Assembly (NCBI RefSeq): GCF_009914755.1
Contig: NC_060927.1
Source of the DNA: the human T2T-CHM13v2.0 reference genome, Homo sapiens
DNA: 64,000 bases
Reading direction: 5' to 3' (one strand)
In this document: positions 40,251 to 52,469 of the stretch, piece by piece
Layout of the letters: each line of letters starts with the position of its first letter
Position numbering within the stretch: position 1 is the stretch's first letter
Made by a program: the position numbers and the translations under genes
The notes under the pieces: model-generated
Told to the model about the DNA's origin: nothing
The model's input: the letters and a program-made list of their open reading frames with translations, nothing else
Database searches by the model: none

Positions 40251-43200
40251 CATCCCCAAAACCAGCCAACCAAAAATGCATCAACCGTTGACCACTGGGA
40301 CTAGCAAAGAGATCAGGTAGAGCTTACCAGTTAGACAATACCTACCCTGAAATGAAACCAAGTATCTGTTCACTTCCAGCTGACAGGAAAAGACGTAGGA
40401 AATCTTCACCAGATTTGAAGGAAATGTTTGGAATGGTTTGACTTAAACATCTTATTATCTGGCTTATTTGGAATTTTCTTTAGGGGGCCTTCAGTGACAC
40501 CTCAAGTTGGTCCTTAGCCATCCACCCTGGTGGGTGCCCATAGATTCAGATAAGCAGTGGAGAGCATGTGTGCTGCACTAGCGCTGTTCAGGGTAATAGC
40601 CAGCATGTATTCATACAACACTGGTTAATGATTCTTCCCGGCAGTCCTACTAGGGACTCCACCTTTGTCAAGGCCGTAAATGGACTTTGGGGCTGTACAT
40701 TAAGAGACCTGGCCTGACTTGATCTGGCTAAACATGGCTTTGGGACCCTCTTGAAGTTTCCAGTTGATATTTTTTATTCTTTTCAAACCAAATCACTGCA
40801 GTGAAAAGAAAACAAAAAAAGGAGTTTTTAAATTTATACAAAAGTATGAAAAAGAATGAGAAGTTAGGAAAGTGTGAATTATATTTTAAGTAAGGCTTTG
40901 TGGCTTTGCTGATCATGGAAATCTTTTTATTAACACATTAGACAAATTCTTTACATGCCAGTTTGCATTCACTTAAACATTTGTGGGGGTGGTGTGTAAA
41001 ATGTGCAGCAATACCTGCTCCTTTTTGGGAAATCCATTTGTTAAATAGCCCTCAGAATATGACAGTTTTATAGTAGGATTATGACTTTTTTTTGTTTCCA
41101 TGTCTGCTAAAAAGGCTAACAGAATAGGACAATTTAATCACATGCCATTATGTTCATAGGGGTTTGGGAAGCTCAGACATGTTTCTAGAAAAGGAATCGC
41201 GTACCCAGCTTTTCCAAGTTTCTTAGCAAAATTCGATAATTACTTGATTTGGAGATGTCCCCATTCAGCCCCTTCTTCTGAGGGCATCTGGCCTTCCTGA
41301 GTGTGGCTGACATCACTTTCATGACCTTGGCTCTGTTGAGGTGGTTGTCAGGGAAGGTGTGTTGCCAGAACTGTCCTGTCACTCTTCGACAGAGAGAGAC
41401 AGAGAGACATTTCCTGGACTAATCCATGTTTCCAGCCAGATTTATATTATTTACAGGGTATTAGGCAAGGACCAGGATTTAGCCAGGTGTTGCCCTGGAG
41501 AATTGTTTCGGACCTCAAGTCAAAAAAAGGCTGCATGCTGACTAGCGGAGGAAACAGCTCCCCACGGGCCAGCCTAGACTCTGTATCCTGGCATTTGTCA
41601 TCCCAGCTGGAGTTTTTTGAGGCATCGGAGCTAGAATAAAGCAGGAGCTCATCAGAGGCTCTCTTTTCTCAGTCGCCTCCATCTTTCCAGAGACTCAGAG
41701 GCCACCAGCTGTGGCAGCAGGTCTCAAGCTTTGTCGGTGATTAGTTGCACGGCGGGGAAGGCTCTTCGCATTTTCCTCTGTTCTGGGGCTCTCTGGTGGA
41801 TTGGAGCAGGCAAATCGGGCTCCTCACTGAGCAGGATGCAGGCAAGTCAGAGTGAAAGAAAGGAGCCAGTATCCCCACCACCCGCTAGTGTTTTCCATAC
41901 CAAAGGACTTAACGCTTATGTTTGCAAAATTCAATAGTCAGTACCCTTGTCAGCTGCTGCTTTAAATTCTGTGTCCTTTGCCTGTTTCTGGGTCATTGCC
42001 TAGTAAATGGTAAACATTGCCATATCCCAGCTTCCTTTTTCTGGGTTGCCTTGTGTGAGCCTTGTCAGTAGAAGAAGCTTAGATAGGGCGGCTTGACCTT
42101 GGCTGACTTGCCATATTCTTGAACTGTCCTGCCCTGCTTCTCAATGCATCAGGGAAAATATCCTAACATGTCTGGCGTGCCCTTTAACTTGACAGAGAGG
42201 GCAGAGGCTGAGGAAGTTTGGTGGTACGACTGCACTTGGTTAAGCAGCCAGTGCTGGCGAAACAGGCCTTACTTAGCCCAGGCATTCTGACTGCCATTTG
42301 AGGACTGTTTTTACTGTAATAATCCATCACTCTGGACTTTATGCTCTAGGAATGAAAATTGTATTTACTATTGGCCTAAGAAAAACATATTGCAATTCAT
42401 ATTTGAAGCTGCTTAGCAAAGATCCCTAACACCAGCCAGAAGTGATTTGGCTATTGGAATTACCTGTTTTGGAGAGTGATTCCTATAACTGCTTCCCTAT
42501 CATCATCTGTAATGGTTGAAGCTATGTGTATACATTCACACGTTTACACACAAAACAAGATAATTTCTTTACTGGGTCTTAGCAAAAAGTCTAGAAGAAT
42601 TTTCAATAAAACTGGATGCATATTTATGATTGTCTGACTTAAAATGTAGACTGTGTGGCATGTATGAATTTCACTTTGGAGGGAACAGAGTCTTGAGCAA
42701 GCACCTCAAATAAATACATAGGCCATTACTCTCTGCTATGGCAGCTGAAACTAAGAAACAGTGAGAGGGCTATGTGGCTGCTTATGTGGGAAGATTTAAT
42801 TTCTGTTGTAGGATGCTGAGGACCTTGGAAATTGAGGCACTGAAGCTGAAGTGGCAAGGGCAAGTGTGAATTGCATCAGATCTTTTTCTCTCAGGGTAAT
42901 TTCTTCATATCCCAGGTAAGGTAGCATTTGGATTTCTAGTCTTTATATTTATTGGTGGTGAGTAATTCTCCCCAAAAATGGAGGGGGAGAAACTAGTATG
43001 CAAATGATGACAAAATAGAAGAAATCTATCTCATTTTGCAGTGTTCTTATCCCATCATAAAAATTAGTTGATCAGATAAATTGAAGTTTTAACCTGATTC
43101 CATTTATTTCCTACTAGACGCATTTTGGAAATCTCAGTTTGTGTTCTGAAGATTTTCTAGCTAGAAAGTTTTAGTGGGGTTAGAAATAGTGTTCCTCTCA

Positions 43201-44362
43201 ATTGCTTCTGAATGAAAGCATACTCCATTGGAAGGACCATCAGCAAGGGCCATACATTCTAACAAGTCTCATTGTTTTTCCCATGCTATTCTTCAGCTTC
43301 CTTTTTCTTTGGACACTGTCTCAACCATCCCCTGGGTTTGGTGATGCCAGACTTCCTTCTGGCATTATCCGCAACCGACAATGGACTTTACTTGTTACGA
43401 CAATATCACCAGCTTTCATTGCATGCGGCAGATGGCCTGGAATGCAGTTTGTCACTATCACTTCTTGGAAATGCAGAGGCCTCCTGGTTCTTCAAGGCCA
43501 CTAAGCCCAGGAAGGGAGCAAGTGTGAGATGGCAAAGACCCCCTAAGGAACAGCATCAGATCCCTTTCTGGGTGTTTGTTGCAGGGTGGCTCACTTGCTG
43601 CTTTTCTCCAGGATAAATGGCAATTGCTTGATGCTTGATAGGGACGTATTAAATACAACGGCTGTCTCAGGACCCTGTCTGCCTTGTTTTTCATCACCTG
43701 GACGTCTGATACATGCAAAGTGGAGGAATTACTGCAAAGAGTGGAAGACAGGTTAAACAAACATTCACCACAACTAACTGTTTAAGCTTAAGTCACTAAA
43801 ACACTCATTGTGTTTTTGCTCTGAAGGTCCATGAAGGGATAGATTCGTCCATCCTCCTTCTCCGTCATCACACATCAAGGCCAGGATTGTGCCATTTATG
43901 GATTCCACATCCTAAGAGAAAACTGTTCACTCAGATGGTTTCTGGTAGTGACTCCTCTTCTCTTTGAAATGCCCTTCAAAGTATTTAGCCAGAAACAAAG
44001 CTTTTTGGTTTTTGGGCTTGTGTCAGGCTTTTGCTAGAGAGTGATTTTTTTTTTTCAAGGAAATTAATAGATGATACAGTCAATGCTAGACAATTTTAGA
44101 TCTCAGAGCTGTCTTCCTTGAAAGGTACATTACTGTTTCTTTTACATCTCTGAGATGAGACTGCTCAGAGAATGATTGATTTTGGGGTGAATTGCTATGT
44201 TTTTACATAGACAAAATAAAACCACAGAATCCTTCAATAGAGGAAATAAAATATGGCACGCCATCAATGTGGAATATTAGGCACCCTCAAGTGTAAGTCT
44301 ATGTATATATGACATGGAAAAATGTTTAAGATGTGGTTGGGTGACTTTAAAACAAGTTGCAG

Positions 44363-44647
44363 TTTGGGCACAGTGCCTCATGCCTTTAGTCCCAGCACTT
44401 TGAGAGGCTGAAGTGGGAGGATTGCTTGAACCCAGGAGTTTGAGACCACCCTGGGCAACATAGAGAGACCCCATCTCTACAAAAATAATTAGCTGGGTGT
44501 GGTGGCACATACCTGTAGTCCCATCTACTCTGGAGGCTGATACAAGAGGATCGCTTAAGCCCAGGACATAAAGGCTACAGTGAGTTGTGATCACACCACT
44601 GCACTCCAGCCTGGGAGACAGAGGGAGACCCTGTCTCAAACAAACAA
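44363..44647 (+). mobile_element. AluJ within an old L1 fragment
   Basis: Dimer; perfect TSD aaaacaagttgcag. Confidence 0.93.
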
Positions 44648-45702
44648 AAAACAAGTTGCAGAACAATGTGCAAAATGGAGTGTGATCCTATTTGTGCTTC
44701 ATATATATGAGGATCAGGACCATCCTAAATATGTATGTATATCTCTGTGTGTGTCTGTGTAATTGCTTAGAAAAATGACTAAAATGGTATGAATCAAACT
44801 GTGTTCCTTCAGGCAACACTAGGGGGAAGTGGACAGAGGGTGACCATTGCGTTTTGTGTACATCTGTGTATTGTCCTGATCTCATACAATGAGAAATATT
44901 TATACACTATGGATAAACAAATTTTGGAAAATATCCCAGCAACGTTAGTAATGCAACAGTGCTTTCCCTGGGGCCACCATTTTGGTTCTCACCAAGAACA
45001 GATGGTAGCATCAAGTATTTCAGTAAAATTTTAATATCATAAAAAGCATATGGGGCTTTCCTAAGGTCTGAGAGGCACAGTATAATCATGTTAAATAAAG
45101 AGGACTTACATTTAAACCTTGGATTCATTAACAATTTATTGCTGGGAGGATAAAAAGGGGATGTTTACATCACACACGGGTCGAAGACAAATACATTTTC
45201 GGTTGCAGAGAGTATATAAGGCAAGTAGAATGAAGAATGAGTATTTCATGATACATTTTTTACTTTTATTAATTTTTGAGTACATTCCAGTGCTAAGCAG
45301 TGAATAGTATATGATACATAATGAATTTTCTTCTGCTCCTACGCAGAGTTTTCTCCTTAAGGATTCAGCTGCCCTTCAATAGGTGTGGTGTTAGTTAATG
45401 GTTTGATGAAGAGTTTTATGTTGCACGTAAGTTGCAAATAGCATTCCTTTTGTTTGGATGCCCAGTAGAATTGGACAAACCAGAGTTCAAATCTCCATGG
45501 CACAACTTAGTAGCAATACATCCTTGCATTCAACTTTGAGCTGGGGTTTTTCAGCTATAAAATGTAAATAATAAAATTACTTAACTCCATAGAGTTGATG
45601 TATTAAATGAAATAGTGTACAAAATTGATGTAAGTTACAGGTTGTGGCACATGTTGTTTGGTAGATATTAGCTGCTATTACTACATTTTACAGTTTGGAA
45701 AT

Positions 45703-46106
45703 TTTCATGCGCGTCCGTGTGAAGAGACCACCAAACAGGCTTTGTGTGAGCAGCAAGGCTGTTTATTTCACCTGGGTACAGGCGGGCTGAGTCCGAAAAG
45801 AGAGTCAGCGAGGCGAGGTAGGGGTGGGGCCGTTTTATAGGATTTGGGTAGGTAAAGGAAAAACGGGGGTTGTTCTCTGGCAGGCAAGAGTGGGGGTCAC
45901 AAGGTGCTCAGTAGGGGAGCTTTTGAGCCAGGATGAGCCAGGAGAAGGAATTTCACAAGATAATGTCATCAGTTAAGGCAGGAACAGGCCATTTTCATTT
46001 CTTTTGTGGTGGAATGTCATCAGTTAAGGCAGGAACCGGCCATCTGGATGTGTACGTGCAGGTCACAGGGGATATGATGGCTTAGCTTGGGCTCATAGGC
46101 CTGACA
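45703..46106 (-). mobile_element. HERV-H solo LTR (LTR7)
   Basis: Minus strand reads tgtcaggcct.tgagcccaagctaagccatc...cgcgcatgaaa; two ~30-bp U3 repeats (aatgtcatcagttaaggcaggaac); GC/GT box and TATA; perfect 5-bp TSD gaaat. Confidence 0.96.
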
Positions 46107-46955
46107 GAAATGAGCAGAATTGAAAGATTCATGACAAAAGTTGGCTACTTCTGTACATGCACCTATTAAGCTTTTTTTGGTATGTTGTACATTTTCTTCT
46201 TCAGGGTCTTCCCAGCCCTATTAGTAACAGTTGTTTTTATAGCAATTGGATAAGATATGAAACTAAGAACTTTATTATTAATTGGTTGCTATTCCTTGGA
46301 ATAAAAATGAAAAAAAGATTAACAATGGAAGAATATTAAAAGTACAATTTGCCCATTCATTATATCAGATGTCTCAGTTTTATGGTGAGGTAGGCATCAT
46401 ATTAAGGTACAACTATTTAGCGAGATGTATAAATGATTAATATATGAGAAATTATGAATTTAATACCCGTCCAAAACTTGTTAGAATAAATGATTTTTAT
46501 GTTCCCATTAGGTTTTGTGATGGGAAATAATATATTTTATGTAAGAGAAAATTCAGATGCTTCTACTTATTACCCATGAGGTGTCCGTGAACTTGGCACG
46601 ATATTCCTTTTTTCTAATATATTCTGAACTCTCATGGTTAAATGCATAGGTAATGTGTCATAATTGAATACATGTTCTTATCAATAGTGTCTGTCAGCCA
46701 GTTTCCAGTAGATTCAGCAGACATTTTCTGCCTATTAGGGGGCTGGACTTGGTGCTGAGGAGTACCCAGGGAGGGTTAAGTTCTTGCCCTTGAAAGGTGT
46801 GCTCAGATACTCCAGTAAGAGGCAGGCATAATCTGCTGCAGAATAAAGGTGCACAAGGTGTGTGTGTTCAGGGCTGGGGAGGGAGAAGATGAAGACGTAT
46901 TGAAATCTGACTCCAGGCTTGTGTGTGGAGAGGAATTAAGAGAAGCAAGGCTTTA

Positions 46956-47304
<349 letters not shown>

Positions 47305-47564
47305 TTAATGAGTTGAGTAGGGGATGAACCAGCTGGGCTTGAGGATCTACCATGCCATTTCAGAGACAGGGAACAGCATTTTGAATACAGGGAAGAATGC
47401 ATGCTAAGACGTGGGTGCAAAAATGCCAATTAATTCTTTAGGGAATGACTAACTCTCTAACAGAGACAGAACTGGAATAAGGTAGACAGGCAAGAGGCCA
47501 GTTCATGAAGGGCCTTGGGTCTTTTAAAGACATTAAGAAAAAGATTTTTAAAAAGTCCCTTACA

Positions 47565-48226
47565 TAGTTAAAACCACAGTGAGGTAACACTATCTCATGT
47601 TGATTGGCGAAGATCAAAATGTTTGATAAAATACCAAACTGGTATGGGTATGAATAAAAGTACTCTATTACCTACCTACTCCTAGACTGCAACTGTGTCA
47701 GTACGAACATGCATCTGGTTGAGAACCTGTCGGTTTCCACAGAAAGTAAAAATACGCATACTTTCTGACTCAGTGATCCCACTTCTGAGAAATTATCCCA
47801 TGGAAAAACTGCATATCTCTACCAAGGTTTATGTACTAAGATAGTTATTGCAGCAACGATTGGAATAGCATGAAACTTAAAACATCCTAGATATCCATAA
47901 TTAGGGAATTTCAAATTGTGATATATTTGTGCAGTGGGGCACGATGTAGCCATTTATAAGAAAGGAAGCTCTGCATGTATTGATTTAGAATGATTTTCCA
48001 TCTATATACTGAGTGAAAAGAGGCTATGTGCAGAATTTGTACGGTGTTCTGTTTAAGATTGTGGGAGTGAGGAACATGCTATTCATTCTCATTCTCTCTC
48101 TCTCACTCTCACCCTCACTCTCTCTCATTCACTCACACATACTGTCTTTGGAAGGATATGGAAGAACTGTTACCAAAAGTAGCTTCTGGGGAGGAGACCT
48201 ACTTTTCACTGCGTACTCTTTTGAAC
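47565..48226 (+). mobile_element. Old L1ME ORF2-end/3'UTR remnant
   Basis: 'ttaaaaccacagtgagg', 'gactcagtgatcccacttctgagaaattatcc', 'aaacatcctagatatcca'. Confidence 0.7.
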
Positions 48227-48240
48227 TGTTTGGCTTTTTT

Positions 48241-48627
<387 letters not shown>

Positions 48628-49447
48628 TAAGAGCATTGAAATGGGTGGACCACCATTGGTTAGGGTTATGGGTAGGGTCCTGAAAGGCTTAATGTAGTAG
48701 TTTCTAGGTCTCAATTTTCTCTCTATGAGAACAAGTTCCGTTGACTAAAGGATTTCTGTTCCCTTTCTACCTCTGATATCCAGTCCCTTGCAGGGTCCAA
48801 CTTCATACACCTCGGCATTTTAGGAATTAATTCGGGATTTTACAGTTTGGCTTGATTTGATTTTATTTTGTTTTTTGATTTTTGACTATTCACAAGATTT
48901 TTAAAAATGTCATACATTTCCGTTGAAGATATGATGAGTTCTACAGCTAGTATGACATGTTCCAGGTTGCAGTGGTGTAGTTCAAGTTTTATGTTTGTTT
49001 GGTTTTAATTTTATTGTTTTTGCCAAGTGAACAATAGTTCGAATCAAGGATGCTAATTATATGATGTACAGAATTAATCAATTTTGAGATTAAAACACTA
49101 CTGTATACTATATACTAAATATACATTAATGTTAATAAATACATCCCTAGTTCAAAAATGTTAGAATGAGTGAATGAGTATGTTGGCAAGAGGGATGGAG
49201 TGAGATAGGGATTTAAGGATGTGTTTTGACAACATTCTGTGGCACAGTCAACATGAGGTTGAGCTGATTGGGATGTAACTACATGTTCTTAAAATGAAGA
49301 CTTTGAGGGTGTTGTTATGAGAACAAACCAAAAATGCGGTTCTTCCATGCACTTGTAGTACCCCAAAATTCCCCCAATGCTTGTATGTTTGTGCTATTTT
49401 GTTGTTGTTGCAAATTGATACGAGTACATATCTATTAAAAAATTCTA

Positions 49448-49757
<310 letters not shown>

Positions 49758-50228
49758 CTAGCCACATGCTTATTTGCAATGTGAGCCCACATTTGGTTTT
49801 ATAATCCTTTCTCACTGATGGACTGATGGACTACATGAATACACTTTCTTTTGTATTCATACTGGCTGGGTACTTCAGTGGGTAGGTGCATGGAGGAGCA
49901 GGTAACCGGATCTGAGAATTAGTCTTTGCCGGGGAAGCGACTAGAGCCCTAGCTTTTTTCAATGGAGAAATCCCTTTTCTGGCTTTAGCCAGTGTAGGGT
50001 AGACTGCCACAAGGAGCTATGATAACTTACCATACGTATTTTTCATGCTTCAATCTGGTGATGGTTGATCTTCGAGTCAGACTGGGGTTTAAATATTGCC
50101 TTCTCCACTGATAACGGTCTTGTGACCTGAAAGTCTTTTAAACTTTCTGAGCTTTAAATTTTTCCTCTACTCAGTGGGGATGATGACAGAGTCTCTCTCC
50201 TGGAGTTAGTTATTGGGAAGATTGATTT

Positions 50229-51462
50229 TGATGGAATTCAGGACATACTACTCCAAAATATGGCACCTTGGAATTTGAGAAAACAGCAGAAGCAGAAAGG
50301 TCACTTTTACCTTCCCTGACCCTTCTCCCCTGAGGCAGGTTATAAAACCTAGGAGGGCCACTCTCTGGCTTTCTCCTGCTTTTCTTCACTGAAGTAGGTC
50401 CTAAGACCCTCATTCCAGAGGCGCCTCCCTCTACCCTGAGAAAAGAGGCATCCTTATCACTGAGGTCAGAGAGATGCTGTTGGGGCTCAGAGAACAATAC
50501 TCCGAAGTCTCATACTTCGGCATGCTGAGTACTTTTGAATTAAAGAAAATTGGAAGGGCTTCACAACTGCCCCAGAAGCAAGGATTTGGGAACTTTCTGT
50601 TGTACTCCCTTCGTCCCCCAGGGTCTCTCTGGAATTCCCCATATCTGACTTAGAAAGCTTCTTACAAAATAAATGCAATGGTCTTAGAAGTCTCATTAAA
50701 TAACCAGGCACGATTAACCATCAGAGAAGAGAAAAGACTAAAAGTAGTCACCATGCCCAGACATGTTTTTCATCTTTTCTTCTGAAGGCAGCTTTGAGGG
50801 ATTACCTGGAAGACTTTATCTGCATAATAAGATAACCTTTGGTAACAGTGCAGTTCTGCTCCTTACCTTCCAGTATTCAGTCCCATTCAGTTTCCAAAGA
50901 ATCACTTATAAGCTATTGTCTGTCCTTTGGGCTCATTCATTCCCCCCTAAAAATCATTTATTGCTCCTTCAAAATTGCCCACAGCCCCCCACTTCCCTTT
51001 CCCCTATGAAAAGGGTAGTTACGCCTCAACCATTTGGCCCTTCTTTGAGTCTCATATTTTGCATGACTCCTGTACTTATGCCTGTTATTCTGTCTGTTGT
51101 CAGTTTGAGCACACATAAACATTCAGAGGGAGAGGGAAAATTCTTTTTATCCCTACAACACCAAGAAGAATTTGAACAAACAGTCCTTGCTAATTTCCCC
51201 TGCGTTTATTCCCATTAGACCATATTCTTTTATCCTGTAATTGTATTTCTCCGTGACTCTTCATTCTTCATCAAACATAGGCATAAAAATACATAAGGTT
51301 ACCTATTTCTTAGAGTCTTCATTTCCAAATGAAGCTTCCCGTGTCACATAAAACTTACATTAAATAAATATCTATGCTTTTCTCTTGTTAATCTGCCTTT
51401 TGTTATAGGGGCCTCAACCATGAACTTAGGTTGGGAAGGAAAGAGATTTCTTTTTCCCTACA
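50229..51462 (+). mobile_element. ERV1 solo LTR (MER34-like), split by a nested LTR
   Basis: TG...CA ends; 'ccaaaatatggcaccttgg'; AATAAA near the 3' end; 4-bp TSD attt. Confidence 0.8.
50478..51157 (+). mobile_element. ERV1 solo LTR (MER39-like), nested
   Basis: tgttggggctcag...ccctaca; flanks atgc/acac. Confidence 0.75.
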
Positions 51463-51529
51463 ATTTGATATAAAGTCTCCATGGCACATAAGAGATAGTC
51501 AGTTAATGTTGCTTATCATCATCATCATT

Positions 51530-51812
51530 TTTTTCTGGAAAGGGCCACATAGAACATGTTTTAGGCTTTGCAGGTCATACCTTGTCTGTCAAAACTATTC
51601 AACACTGCCCTTGTAGCAGGCAAGCAGACATAGATAATGCATAAGTGAATGGGTGTGGCTTTGTTCCAATAAAACTTTATTTACATAAACAGGCAGGCTG
51701 GATTTGGCCTGAAGATAGTATGTGAACCACTGTAGCTGTGTGTGTCAATACAGCCTTACTTACAAAACCAGGCAGGATAGATTTGGCCCATGGGACATAG
51801 TTGGCTAATCCT
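51530..51812. mobile_element. MER58-family MITE
   Basis: 'gggtgtggctttgttccaataaaactttatttac', 'gatttggcc'. Confidence 0.8.
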
Positions 51813-52032
51813 TACGTAGCAGTGGTTCTGAAACCTTTTAATTTCAGATCTCCTTTATACTCTTAAGAATTATTGAATAGGACCTGAAAGAGGTTTTGTT
51901 TATGTGGATCATATCTGTGGATATTTACTGTTCTAAAAATTTTAACTGACAAATTAAAAAAACTTAATTCATTTTAAATAACTAATACAACCATAGCATG
52001 TTAACATAAATAACACATTTTTATAAAAGAAT

Positions 52033-52422
52033 ATATGTGGCACATATACACCATGGAATACTATGCAGCCATAAAAAATGATGAGTTCATGTCCTTTGTA
52101 GGGACATGGATGAAACTGGAAACCATCATTCTCAGCAAACTATCGCAAGGACAAAAAACCAAACACTGCATGCTCTCACTCATAGGTGGGAAATTGAACA
52201 ATGAGAACACATGGACACAGGAAGGGGAACATCACACACCAGGGACTGCTGTGGGGTGGGGGGAGCGGGGAGGGATAGCATTAGGAGATACACCTAATGT
52301 TAAATCACGAGTTAATGGGTGCAGCACAGCAACATGGCACATGTATACATATGTAACAAACCTGCATGTTGTGCACATGTACCCTAAAACTTAAAGTGTA
52401 ATAATAACAAAATTAAAAAAAA
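52033..52422 (+). mobile_element. 5'-truncated young L1PA (about PA3-5) 3' end
   Basis: End of ORF2 (MWHIYTMEYYAAIKNDEFMSFVGTWMKLETIILSKL) plus 3'UTR and A-rich tail. Confidence 0.95.
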
Positions 52423-52429
52423 TTATTTT

Positions 52430-52469
52430 TCAGATGAGATCGGGCGCGTTCAGGGTGGTATGGCCGTAG
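52430..52469 (-). pseudogene. 5S rRNA 5'-fragment retropseudogene (tailless)
   Basis: Reverse complement CTACGGCCATACCACCCTGAACGCGCCCGATCTCATCTGA matches 5S rRNA nt 3-42 with 1 mismatch; 18-bp TSD aaaaaaaattatttttca. Confidence 0.93.

Noticed and set aside
52035-52394. ORF resembling the L1 ORF2 C-terminus (also 27028-27333)
   Set aside because: 5'-truncated L1 remnants with no promoter or RT domain; annotated as mobile elements
52430-52469. Functional 5S rRNA gene
   Set aside because: Only 40 of ~120 nt are present; it lacks the internal Pol III control region and terminator
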